Assembly (NCBI GenBank): GCA_964434475.1
Contig: CAYSVS010000006.1
Span: forward strand, 1-41,364
Origin: an uncultured Methanosarcinales archaeon
GTDB lineage: Archaea; Nanobdellota; Nanobdellia; Woesearchaeales; CAYSVS01
Direction: 5' to 3'
Length of the DNA: 41,364 nucleotides
Below, piece after piece: positions 28,271-37,167 of this stretch (positions are counted from its first letter, which is position 1; the number at the start of each line of letters is the position of its first letter). A program made the translations under genes and the position numbers. A model generated the notes under the pieces. The model searched no databases and had not been told where the DNA came from. It worked only from the letters and a program-made list of their open reading frames with translations.

Positions 28271-30189
28271 GGGCTGTAAGCCTGCTCATAATCATATTCG
28301 GCATAACAGTAGCTATGAGTATATTGTTGATCGCAGGTTCTGCACAAAAAAAAGTTACTTCTTCTTTTATAGGAGAAGCGCAGTTGGTATTGCTTGAAGG
28401 CGTGCAGAATTCAGAAGATATGTTGTTGTATGTTGACCAATCAGCCAAGATGTCTTTTCAATATTCCTTGCAGAAACTGGCAGAACAAGGAGGATTTCTT
28501 GATAAAAGTGAATGCAGTACATTCAACGGCTACAATCTTTGGAACAATGCAACAGAAGAATGCTGGCCCTATGATCTCGAGTATGTGCTTGTGCAATTGT
28601 TCAAGCCTAAGTTTAAAGGATATCTAGAAAAATATCCTGTACTTAATCCTCCTGATTATAATGTAGATATATTATATTCAAAGGATAATTTGAACTTAGC
28701 TGCATCTGCTGATGATAGCTTAAGGATAGCCTTAGGGAGTTCTATTATGAATCATCTTGAAGAAATAGAATCCGAATCAGCGGGCAATGAGATAACGGGC
28801 AAAGCAACAATTCCTATAACCAAAGAGGTTGCGAACAGAAAATTAGCAGGAATATATGAAGTCAGACCAGATACAAGAATAAAAATATTTGATTATATGG
28901 GTTTTTTTGAAGAACTTAAATCAAGATCACAAGAGCTTATTGCAGAATGCAGTGCTGTAGATGAACAAGAGAAATGCGTCAAGAAAAAAGTAGAAGAATA
29001 TGGATGGAGCCTAGGATGTGATAATACGGACAAAGATGTTTTTTATGATTTTGTATCTAATCTAGAACTATGCTTTAATACAAATGATGATGATTGTTAT
29101 TGTAAGTTTATGCCTTTGAATGAGGATGTAATGGGCAAGGAAAAATTGGTATTTAATGTACAGAAAGGTCAAAGGTTGATGAGCTTAAAATATAAAGATG
29201 AGCAATTAACATTTGACATGCAGGGCAAGGATATTCGGGATATGATACAATATGATGTTGTTCTTGATTATTCAGATAATGATCTTGCAGACATAAGTGT
29301 CAATGGAAAAGATTCAGGAAATGTTTTGAGATTGTATAAATCAGGAAATAATCTTGAGTACGTATACCGACCAATTTCTATGGGACAATGTAAGGTTAAC
29401 AAGGACAAATACAGGATTTGTGCTTATGATGAATTAGGCAGCAAGTATAAGTTTGCATTAACTTTAACTGATCTGCCTCCGCCGCCTATTGAAAATGTTA
29501 TAGCTTATGATGCTGAAGAAAAAGAGGATGCTATTACTGTTGAGTTTGATGAAAGCAAGGCAAATGACCTTAAGAATTATGTAGTGTATTATTTTGATAC
29601 TTCTGTTAATGATGGATTCGGAAGTCTTGCTGAGATGAATGATAAGATTGTAGGCGGTAAGATATTCAAAAAAGAACTAGCATTAGATGATCTGTCTATT
29701 CTTGAAGAAGGAAGATTAAGTTGTACATTAAAAGATAATATATTTGACAGCCATAATTATAAAATAGCAGTATCTGCTATAGACCTTAAAGATCAACAGA
29801 TAGATAATGTTGTGCAAAAATTCGATGTTGCTGAAGCAGAATCCATAGATGATTTAAGCCCTAAAGGCATAAAGGATGTTGAATATAGTTTAACAGATGC
29901 AGGAGCGAGTTTTGATATTACGCTTCCTAATCTTAATGTTGATGATTCGGTAATAAAAGAGCAGCAGCTTTTTGTTGAAGCTTATGTTGATAAATCCTTA
30001 GTTTGTGATATGGATGCTATACTAAGCAAAAGGATATACAGAAAACCGCATAATTTGGGTAAAGCATCTGTCAGTATTAATTTAGATAATGGCAACAACT
30101 ATTGCTTCGCGTTTGCTGCAAGAGATGAGCAAGACAATCCTGAAGATATAAGGGATTATGCTTATGTGGTAGGGCCTGTAATAAAATGA
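28240..30189 (+). CDS. Large exported protein with atypical class III-like N-terminus and FN3-like C-terminal domains
   Basis: MRRKRYFKKIG/AVSLLIIIFGITVAMSILLI; DLPPPPIENV..ITVEFD..YVVYY..YKIAVSAID; YCFAFAARDE. Confidence 0.75.
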   Translation: MRRKRYFKKIGAVSLLIIIFGITVAMSILLIAGSAQKKVTSSFIGEAQLVLLEGVQNSEDMLLYVDQSAKMSFQYSLQKLAEQGGFLDKSECSTFNGYNLWNNATEECWPYDLEYVLVQLFKPKFKGYLEKYPVLNPPDYNVDILYSKDNLNLAASADDSLRIALGSSIMNHLEEIESESAGNEITGKATIPITKEVANRKLAGIYEVRPDTRIKIFDYMGFFEELKSRSQELIAECSAVDEQEKCVKKKVEEYGWSLGCDNTDKDVFYDFVSNLELCFNTNDDDCYCKFMPLNEDVMGKEKLVFNVQKGQRLMSLKYKDEQLTFDMQGKDIRDMIQYDVVLDYSDNDLADISVNGKDSGNVLRLYKSGNNLEYVYRPISMGQCKVNKDKYRICAYDELGSKYKFALTLTDLPPPPIENVIAYDAEEKEDAITVEFDESKANDLKNYVVYYFDTSVNDGFGSLAEMNDKIVGGKIFKKELALDDLSILEEGRLSCTLKDNIFDSHNYKIAVSAIDLKDQQIDNVVQKFDVAEAESIDDLSPKGIKDVEYSLTDAGASFDITLPNLNVDDSVIKEQQLFVEAYVDKSLVCDMDAILSKRIYRKPHNLGKASVSINLDNGNNYCFAFAARDEQDNPEDIRDYAYVVGPVIK

Positions 30190-30602
30190 ACCCGCTGATA
30201 TTTTTATTGGTGATTTTTGTAATATTTGTGCTTTCTGCTATAGTCCAATATCTCAATATTATGTCTGGGGCATCTGAGCTTAAGACTCATTCGACAAGAT
30301 ACGAAACCTTTTTAGGTTATGGCAAAGAATCTGTGATGGATTCACTTGATGACAATGTGCTAAACCTTTTCAGACCAACGCAGTGGAAAATCTTGCTTTT
30401 GGTTATTGCGATGATTATAGAATTTCTTTTAGGTCAGCATTATATTTCTGAACACGGATTCAGATTGTTCTTTTCAGGAGCGGAAATAAGCTACAGCATC
30501 ATATTTGATGTAGTATCTATGGTGTCTGTTATATATGAAATATTTGTGCTGTATGTTTTGATATGTTTTGTTGTATTTTTGATAAGGTATGTTAAGAGAT
30601 AG
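30186..30602 (+). CDS. Hypothetical membrane protein (~3 TM)
   Basis: Three hydrophobic stretches; ATGA overlap; last gene of the locus. Confidence 0.7.
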   Translation: MNPLIFLLVIFVIFVLSAIVQYLNIMSGASELKTHSTRYETFLGYGKESVMDSLDDNVLNLFRPTQWKILLLVIAMIIEFLLGQHYISEHGFRLFFSGAEISYSIIFDVVSMVSVIYEIFVLYVLICFVVFLIRYVKR

Positions 30603-30706
30603 GTTTTTGATTTATCTTTAATAATATATACTTTCTTATTTATTCTGCAATATAGCAAACTATTTAAAATAAGGATTTTTCTCTATTGTTTTAGGGGGTT
30701 GTTATT

Positions 30707-31696
30707 ATGATAAAGATGTCTTTACTTGATATGAAAGAGAAAATAATAAAAGAAGCTAAAATAACTGAAGATGATCTTAATTCTAAGATAAAAAAGAAAA
30801 CAGAGCAATTGGCTGGTCTTGTAAGCGAGGAAGGAGCATGCCATATAATCGCAAATGAATTAGGAGTTAAGCTTTTTTCAGCTTCAGGCGGAAGGATGAA
30901 GATAAAGAACCTTTTGCCGGGTATGAAGAACTTTGAGCTTGCTGCCAAAGTTACAAGAAAGTTTGAGCCAAGAGAATTTGATACAGGCGAAAGGCAAGGA
31001 AGGGTTGGAAATATTATGGCTGGTGATGAGACTGGTCTTTTGAGAGTTGTTTTTTGGAACGATTATGTTGATAAGATGAATGATTTCAATGAAAATGATA
31101 TACTACTTATCAAAGATGCTTATATAAAAGATAATAACGGCAGAAAAGAGATACATCTGAATGATAGGTCTAACATAGAAGTAAATCCTGAAGGTGAAAC
31201 TGTAGAAGCGATGACATCTATGCCTGCTACAAGAAAAAAGTTAAAGGAACTGAAGGAAGATGAGTTTAATGTTGAAATTTTGGGTACAATAGTCCAGATG
31301 TTTGAACCAAGGTACTTTGAGGTTTGTCCAGAATGCGGTAAAAGGACAAGGCCGCAAGAAGGCAACAGATATGTATGTGAGCAGCATGGAGAGATAATAC
31401 CTAAGTTTTCTTATATAGTGAACGTTGTTATTGACGATGGTACAGATAGTATGAGAGTGGCATGCTTTAGGGATCAAGCTCAAAAGTTGCTTGGCAAGTC
31501 AGATGAAGAAGTGCTTCATTATAGGGATAATGTAGCTGATTTTGAAGATCTTAAGCAAGATATACTGGGCAATATTGTGAAAGTTATAGGAAGAGTTAAG
31601 AAAAACATTATGTTTGATAGGGTAGAATTCACAGCACAGCAGGTTGATGTTAACCCTAATCCTGAAGAAGAGATTAAAAGACTTAATTCTAATTGA
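30707..31696 (+). CDS. rpa: Replication protein A (archaeal ssDNA-binding protein, OB folds + Zn finger)
   Basis: GLVSEEGACHIIANELGV N-terminal motif; GDETGLLRVVFW and IDDGTDSMRVACF OB-fold motifs; CPECGK...CEQHG. Confidence 0.85.
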   Translation: MIKMSLLDMKEKIIKEAKITEDDLNSKIKKKTEQLAGLVSEEGACHIIANELGVKLFSASGGRMKIKNLLPGMKNFELAAKVTRKFEPREFDTGERQGRVGNIMAGDETGLLRVVFWNDYVDKMNDFNENDILLIKDAYIKDNNGRKEIHLNDRSNIEVNPEGETVEAMTSMPATRKKLKELKEDEFNVEILGTIVQMFEPRYFEVCPECGKRTRPQEGNRYVCEQHGEIIPKFSYIVNVVIDDGTDSMRVACFRDQAQKLLGKSDEEVLHYRDNVADFEDLKQDILGNIVKVIGRVKKNIMFDRVEFTAQQVDVNPNPEEEIKRLNSN

Positions 31697-31763
31697 TGAT
31701 TGATTAACTATTTTTATTTTATTTTCAAAAAATATAAATACCATCTGTGCTTTTTGTATTATT

Positions 31764-32216
31764 GTGATATGGATAACTCATCTTGTATTTGGACTATTAT
31801 GCGGAATATTGTTTAAAGGATATGTTCACCTTAACATTTGGTATTATTATCCTATTGTTCTGTTTGCTGCATTGCTGCCTGATATAGATCATCCAGACAG
31901 TAAAGTAGGTAACAAGTTCGGTTTTTTTTCTAAATTCATAGAGAAGACATTTGGCCATAGAGGATTGTTTCATACGATCTACATTGCTATATTGTTTGCA
32001 TGGCTTATTTCTTTATTCTTTGCAAAGCAATATGCATATGCTTTTTTTATAGGTTATGTGTCGCATCTATTCATTGACGGCTTTACAAAGATGGGTATAA
32101 ATTTTTTGCATCCTTTGTCAACATTAAGATTGCATGGGTTTGTAGAGACAAGAAGTACGATGGAGTATCTGTTGCTTATATGTTTTGGTATATTGGTAGT
32201 TTATTTGATAGTTTAA
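31764..32216 (+). CDS. Membrane-bound metal-dependent hydrolase, YdjM-like family
   Basis: THLVFG, LLPDIDH, GHRGLFH, SHLFIDGFT; GTG start; several TM helices. Confidence 0.85.
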   Translation: MIWITHLVFGLLCGILFKGYVHLNIWYYYPIVLFAALLPDIDHPDSKVGNKFGFFSKFIEKTFGHRGLFHTIYIAILFAWLISLFFAKQYAYAFFIGYVSHLFIDGFTKMGINFLHPLSTLRLHGFVETRSTMEYLLLICFGILVVYLIV

Positions 32217-32238
32217 ATATCCTATATAACTTTTTTCT

Positions 32239-32338
32239 TGTCCAGTGCTTAAAACCCTTATTCTTGTCCAATTCTGCCTTTACAGCGTTTTTGCTACCAC
32301 TGGACACACTGGACAGGTGTGCGCGTGAGATATATAAA
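32239..32338 (+). promoter_or_regulatory. Four TGTCCA boxes in inverted arrangement followed by a TATA box
   Basis: TGTCCAGTG 32239-47, TGTCCA 32265-70, CACTGGACA 32298-306 and 32307-315, ATATATAAA 32330-38. Confidence 0.55.
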
Positions 32339-32431
32339 GGAGAGGTTCTTATGATATATTAACTCCCAAAAGCCTAAGAGTTCAAACAGCTTTTGTGAAA
32401 CAAGATGCGATAAGCAAGGAGGTGTTGTGAA

Positions 32432-32707
32432 ATGGCAAATCAGCCTGAAAAAAAGATTAATGCTGGAGCAATCCAGGTAAGTGTTTGGAAAAACCAGACA
32501 CAAAAAGATGGAAAAACAAGCGAGTACAAGACAGTAAGTTTTGATAGACGCTATAAAGACAAACAAACAGGAGAATGGAAATCAACAAATTCTCTTAGGG
32601 TCAATGATATTCCTAAAGCAATAACTGCATTGACCAAAGCGTATGAGCATTTGATAATAAAAGAAGGTAATGATAATGCTTATACTGAAGAAGTTATAAT
32701 GGGATGA
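32432..32707 (+). CDS. Small putative ssDNA-binding protein (PC4/Whirly-like pattern)
   Basis: GGAGGTG SD; IQVSVWKN..YKTVSFDRRYKD..GEWKSTNSL followed by one helix, resembling the PC4 beta-sheet+helix layout. Fold is inferred. Confidence 0.55.
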   Translation: MANQPEKKINAGAIQVSVWKNQTQKDGKTSEYKTVSFDRRYKDKQTGEWKSTNSLRVNDIPKAITALTKAYEHLIIKEGNDNAYTEEVIMG

Positions 32708-32717
32708 GGTGGTTATT

Positions 32718-33773
32718 ATGTCAACTAAAGCTTTGAAAAAAAATGATACTTTACCTAAAAGTTTAAATAAGGATGAATGTGCAGAGGATATGGAAATGGA
32801 AGAAGATGTGAAATTATCGCTGGAACAAGATAATGCTGTAAAAGAGATGGCACTATCAGATTTGCCTGGTGTAGGTCCAGCAACAGTAGAAAAATTGAAT
32901 ACTGTGGGTTATACTGATCTTATGTCTGTGGCAGTGGCAACACCTGGCGAGCTTATAGATGCAACAGGCATGAGCCAAGCAGCTGCTAAGAAGATAATAG
33001 CTGCTGCAAGAAGCAATCTGAGCATGGGTTTTATGTCTGGTGAAGAAGTTCTCAAGAAAAGGGAAAAGGTCTGTAAGATAACAACCAGTTCAAGATCTTT
33101 TGATGATCTTTTGGCAGGAGGTTTTGAAACAGGTGCTATAACTGAATGTTTCGGTGAGTTTGGCAGTGGAAAAACCCAGATTGCACATATATTGTGTGTA
33201 AATGTTCAGAAACAAGATCCTAATGCAGTTGCAGTATATATAGATACAGAGAATACTTTTAGGCCAGAGAGGATAAAGCAATTGTCCGAAGGAGCAGGTT
33301 TGGATCCTGATAAGGTATTGAAGAATATAATGGTAGCGAGAGCTTTTAATTCAGACCATCAGATGCTTTTGGCTGAGAAAGTTGAGGATCTTATCAAAAA
33401 AGATAATAAATCTGTCAAGGTTGTTGTTGTAGATTCTTTGACTGCGCATTTTAGGGCAGAGTTTGTGGGAAGAGGTACATTGGCAGAAAGGCAGCAGAAG
33501 CTGAACAAGCATATGCACGTATTGTTGAAAGTTGCAGATGCTAATAATGTTTGTGTTTATGTAACTAATCAAGTGATGTCAAAACCTGACCAGTTTTTCG
33601 GAGATCCTACTGCTGCAATAGGAGGACATGTTGTAGGGCATGCGAGCACTTTTAGGATATATCTGAGGAAAGGCAAGAAAGGAAGTAGGGTAGCTAAACT
33701 TATAGACTCTCCAAATCTTGCAGAAGGAGAAGCCAGCTTCATGGTTACTGAACAAGGATTGAAAGATATTTAA
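32718..33773 (+). CDS. radA: DNA repair and recombination protein RadA
   Basis: HhH LSDLPGVGPATVEKL; Walker A GEFGSGKTQ; YIDTENTFRPERI; VVVDSLTAHFRAEFVGRGTLAERQQKL; GAGGTGG SD before ATG 32718. Confidence 0.97.
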   Translation: MSTKALKKNDTLPKSLNKDECAEDMEMEEDVKLSLEQDNAVKEMALSDLPGVGPATVEKLNTVGYTDLMSVAVATPGELIDATGMSQAAAKKIIAAARSNLSMGFMSGEEVLKKREKVCKITTSSRSFDDLLAGGFETGAITECFGEFGSGKTQIAHILCVNVQKQDPNAVAVYIDTENTFRPERIKQLSEGAGLDPDKVLKNIMVARAFNSDHQMLLAEKVEDLIKKDNKSVKVVVVDSLTAHFRAEFVGRGTLAERQQKLNKHMHVLLKVADANNVCVYVTNQVMSKPDQFFGDPTAAIGGHVVGHASTFRIYLRKGKKGSRVAKLIDSPNLAEGEASFMVTEQGLKDI

Positions 33774-33797
33774 TTTTTTTATTTTTTATGTTTTTTT
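33774..33797 (+). terminator. T-rich archaeal terminator after radA
   Basis: Three T6-7 runs directly after TAA. Confidence 0.5.
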
Positions 33798-34015
33798 GAT
33801 ACTCTCTATCTATATTTCTCTATCTCTTGGACCATCAAATTCTAAAAAGAAAACGCTTTGCCATTTTTCTAAAACTAATCTGTTCTTGAAAATTTCGCAG
33901 AGATTTGAAGGGTGTATAATGCCTGCGCTTTAGTGCGAGATTTTCAATCATAAATGTTTGATTGCAGTTGAATAGATTTGATATTAAATGAGCATAGTTG
34001 TTTCCTTCTTTGTGT

Positions 34016-34138
34016 CTATAACCTGTATCTTTCGCAGATTCTTTTTTCTATCTTATTTTCTTCTATATTCTTGTTTATCTTGTCTGTTATATCGACAAAT
34101 TCTTTGATCAATTTTGTATTTATCCTTATCTTGTCCAT
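34016..34138 (-). CDS. Possible 40-aa small basic protein
   Basis: Hand translation MDKIRINTKLIKEFVDITDKINKNIEENKIEKRICERYRL*; purine-rich coding strand; palindromic TTTATAAA at 34184-91 could act divergently. Confidence 0.35.
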   Translation of the reverse strand: MDKIRINTKLIKEFVDITDKINKNIEENKIEKRICERYRL

Positions 34139-34176
34139 TTGTTTGTTGATATTTTTTTCTGAACGTAATCTCAAAT

Positions 34177-34191
34177 CGAAATCTTTATAAA
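34177..34191 (+). promoter_or_regulatory. BRE + TATA for ABC operon (leaderless)
   Basis: CGAAATC-TTTATAAA ending 23 nt before ATG 34215. Confidence 0.6.
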
Positions 34192-34214
34192 TTGTTATAT
34201 ATAATATAGTCTAT

Positions 34215-35168
34215 ATGTCTGATAATGTAATACTTAAGGCAAATAAAGTTACAAAAGCCTTTGGAAAGAAACTTGTTCTTGAAAATTTGAATATAGATGT
34301 CTTTTCTGGAGAAATTTTTGGAATCATAGGCATGTCGGGCAGTGGCAAGACAACATTGCTTAATACTTTAGTGGGTTTTTATCTCCCTGAAGAAGGAGAT
34401 GTTTTATATAAGACGAATGGAGACTATGGTTCTATATTTGAAAGAAATAAAGAGATAAAATCTGTATTAGGTTTTGCTCCTCAGCATCCTAGTTTTTATC
34501 CTAAATTGACTGTTTTTGAAAATCTTGATCATTACGGAGCTTTATATGGGCTGCCTAAAGATATAAGAATATCCAATATAAACTATCTGCTTAAATTAAC
34601 AGGATTAGAAGATTCAAGAGATAAGCTGGCCCAATATCTTTCAGGAGGCATGCAAAAAAGATTAGGTATAGCGTGTGCTTTAGTACACAAACCAAAAATA
34701 TTGTTTCTCGATGAGCCTACTGCAGATCTGGATCCTGTATTGAGAAGACAAACATGGCATCTGATAAAGAAGATAAACGATCAAGGAACAACTGTTGTAA
34801 TGGCATCTCATTTTTTGACAGAGCTTGAAAACCTTTGCTCAAGGATAGCTGTGTTAGATTCTGGGTTGATAAAAGAGCTTGGTACAAGTCTAGAATTAAA
34901 AGAGCACTATTCAAACAACGAAGAAGTTATATTTGAATCAACACCAGGAAAATACGATAAAGTTTTGAAGAAACTTAAAAAAGAAGGTTTGCCTATACGA
35001 AAAACCCAGAATAAAGGACATAAGGCTGTAATTTACACGCCTAAACCAGAAAGAGTATTACATAGACTTTTACATATTCTGGAAAAATCAAAAGAAAAAT
35101 TGCTTGATGTTGAAGTAAATAAGCCTTCATTAAGCGAGGTTTTTGAGTCTTTGACAAAACCAAAATAA
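34215..35168 (+). CDS. ABC-2 type exporter ATP-binding subunit
   Basis: GMSGSGKTT; LSGGMQKR signature; ILFLDEPTADLD; ASH switch; C-terminal PSLSEVF. Confidence 0.95.
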   Translation: MSDNVILKANKVTKAFGKKLVLENLNIDVFSGEIFGIIGMSGSGKTTLLNTLVGFYLPEEGDVLYKTNGDYGSIFERNKEIKSVLGFAPQHPSFYPKLTVFENLDHYGALYGLPKDIRISNINYLLKLTGLEDSRDKLAQYLSGGMQKRLGIACALVHKPKILFLDEPTADLDPVLRRQTWHLIKKINDQGTTVVMASHFLTELENLCSRIAVLDSGLIKELGTSLELKEHYSNNEEVIFESTPGKYDKVLKKLKKEGLPIRKTQNKGHKAVIYTPKPERVLHRLLHILEKSKEKLLDVEVNKPSLSEVFESLTKPK

Positions 35169-35180
35169 AAGAGGTATAAG

Positions 35181-37154
35181 ATGTATAATTTATATAGGTT
35201 AATAATCAAGAATTTCAAGCTTTTGATTAGATCTAAAACCTCTGCATTGATAGTTATTTTTGGTCCTTTGTTGGTAATCTTTTTGGCAGGTATAGCTTTT
35301 GACAATACCAATACATACAGCATAAAAATAGGAGTATATTCTTCAAGCTACAGCTCTGATGCAGAGTCATTTATAGAGAAACTAAACCAACAGGAATTTA
35401 AAGTGATAAAAACATCTTCTGAAGATAATTGTATAAACGAGATTAAAAAAGGAAAATTACACACCTGCATTATTTTCCCTCCTGGTCTTGATATACAAGA
35501 TGTTGAAAAACAGAGCGAAGTTGTATTTTATGTAGATTATTCAAAGATAAATCTTGTATATATGGTAATGGATACCCTTTCAGAGAAATTAGAAGCGCGT
35601 TCAAGTGAGATAAGCAAAGATCTTACAAATGTTATATTAAAGCGTCTTGAAGATACAAGAGTCGAGATTTTCAATAAAAACCCTGTTTTAGCTAACCTAA
35701 AGAAGACTTCTTCAAGTCAGAAAAAGGAGGCAGTTTCTATAAAATCAGAATTAGAAGCTTTGGACCTAAGTTTTGATCCTGATTCATTTAACATTTCTGC
35801 GATGGGTTCAAATGCGCAGTCTATCAAGATCAGAAATGACGAACTGGAAATTTATGTAATATCCAGGCTGGATTCATCTATAGGAAACTTATCTGTTGCA
35901 CAGGATGCTGAAGGAAGTTTAGGTAATGCGAGTTCAAGTACTCTTGACAATGCTTTAGATGAACTGGATGAATTGTTAAACAAGAGCAAAGGCAAGGCTG
36001 TATCTATAAACAATTTGACAGAAAGAGACGTCAACACTTTGATATCTTTAATATCTAATGCAAACATAGAACTTAATAATGTAAAGAGCAAGATAAATGC
36101 AGCATCTGCTGCAAGGACAAAAGCTTCAAACCAAGCAAATTCTATACAATCGTCAATGGAAGATACAATGGGATGGTTGAACGATATTCAGACTTCATTA
36201 AACAATATAGATAAGAATCTAGCAAGTATACCTGTGACAAGTGCAGAAAGGATAGTAAGTCCTATAACCACAAAGATCAAACCTATATCTGCAGAAAGAA
36301 CGCATCTCAATTATGTTTTTCCTAGCTTAATTGTGCTTGTCATCATGTTCATCAGTATCCTTTTGTCATGTACTTTGGTAATGATGGAAAAACATTCTCC
36401 TGCATATTTTAGGAATTTTATGACTCCTGTGAAAAACTTGACTTTTATATTTTCATCGTATATTACTACTTTACTTCTTGTTCTGGTGCAGCTTTTGATA
36501 ATCTTGGGAATATCTTCTTATTTTTTCGAATCTCAAATATTGGGTAACTTTTTGAATATCAGCCTTATGATGCTTTTGATATCTACGACCTTTATTCTGT
36601 TAGGTATGCTGATAGGATATATGTTCACTTCTGAAGAAACAGGAACATTGGCTTCTATATCTGTCGGAAGTATTTTTTTATTTGTTTCAGATCTCATATT
36701 GCCTTTAGAAAGTATGCCTTTATATGTTCAGGATATTGCAAATTATAATCCTTTTGTAATAGGGCAAAATCTGCTTAGGAAAACAATTATATTCTCTTCA
36801 AAACTTCAGCCATTAGCGAATGACATATATCTTTTGCTTGCTTACACTGTCGTGGTGTTTTTTATAATATATATATATTTTAAATTATCAAAGAAAAATA
36901 TCCTTACAAAATTTATATACAAAAGACAAAAAAGAAGAGCAGAAAAACAGAAAGAAAATAAAAATAAACAGAAAAGATTGAAAAAGAAAACAAACAACAT
37001 AGTCAAAAGCAAAAAACCTTCTGTTAGTAAAAAAGATAAGAAAAGAAGCTTCTTTTTCGGAGAAATATATGTATCAAAAAAGCAAAAAGATGAAGGTAAA
37101 GGTTTTTTTAAATACCTGAAAAGGAAAAAAGATAATATTAATAAACAAAAGTAA
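35181..37154 (+). CDS. ABC-2 type permease with long helical extracytoplasmic insert and Lys-rich tail
   Basis: N-terminal TM, long Ser/Asn/Leu heptad region, C-terminal multi-TM block with LILPLESMP...YNPF motif. Confidence 0.85.
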   Translation: MYNLYRLIIKNFKLLIRSKTSALIVIFGPLLVIFLAGIAFDNTNTYSIKIGVYSSSYSSDAESFIEKLNQQEFKVIKTSSEDNCINEIKKGKLHTCIIFPPGLDIQDVEKQSEVVFYVDYSKINLVYMVMDTLSEKLEARSSEISKDLTNVILKRLEDTRVEIFNKNPVLANLKKTSSSQKKEAVSIKSELEALDLSFDPDSFNISAMGSNAQSIKIRNDELEIYVISRLDSSIGNLSVAQDAEGSLGNASSSTLDNALDELDELLNKSKGKAVSINNLTERDVNTLISLISNANIELNNVKSKINAASAARTKASNQANSIQSSMEDTMGWLNDIQTSLNNIDKNLASIPVTSAERIVSPITTKIKPISAERTHLNYVFPSLIVLVIMFISILLSCTLVMMEKHSPAYFRNFMTPVKNLTFIFSSYITTLLLVLVQLLIILGISSYFFESQILGNFLNISLMMLLISTTFILLGMLIGYMFTSEETGTLASISVGSIFLFVSDLILPLESMPLYVQDIANYNPFVIGQNLLRKTIIFSSKLQPLANDIYLLLAYTVVVFFIIYIYFKLSKKNILTKFIYKRQKRRAEKQKENKNKQKRLKKKTNNIVKSKKPSVSKKDKKRSFFFGEIYVSKKQKDEGKGFFKYLKRKKDNINKQK

Positions 37155-37167
37155 TCTTGTTATTTAA

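Noticed and set aside
19609..30189. Archaellum operon
   Set aside because: No archaellin-type N-terminal consensus and no arlH/I/J genes recognised.
32339..32380. preQ1-I riboswitch look-alike (AGAGGTTCT...AAAA..CTAA)
   Set aside because: P1 complement is poor, it starts right after the TATA box (upstream of the likely TSS), and downstream genes are unrelated to queuosine.
33020..33045. RadA polymerisation motif FMSG instead of FxxA; possible intein
   Set aside because: FxxG occurs in other archaeal RadA proteins, and protein length leaves no room for an intein.
33978..34190. 70-aa hydrophobic + strand ORF
   Set aside because: TTG start without SD, ends in the ABC TATA box; likely the shadow of a purine-rich minus strand.
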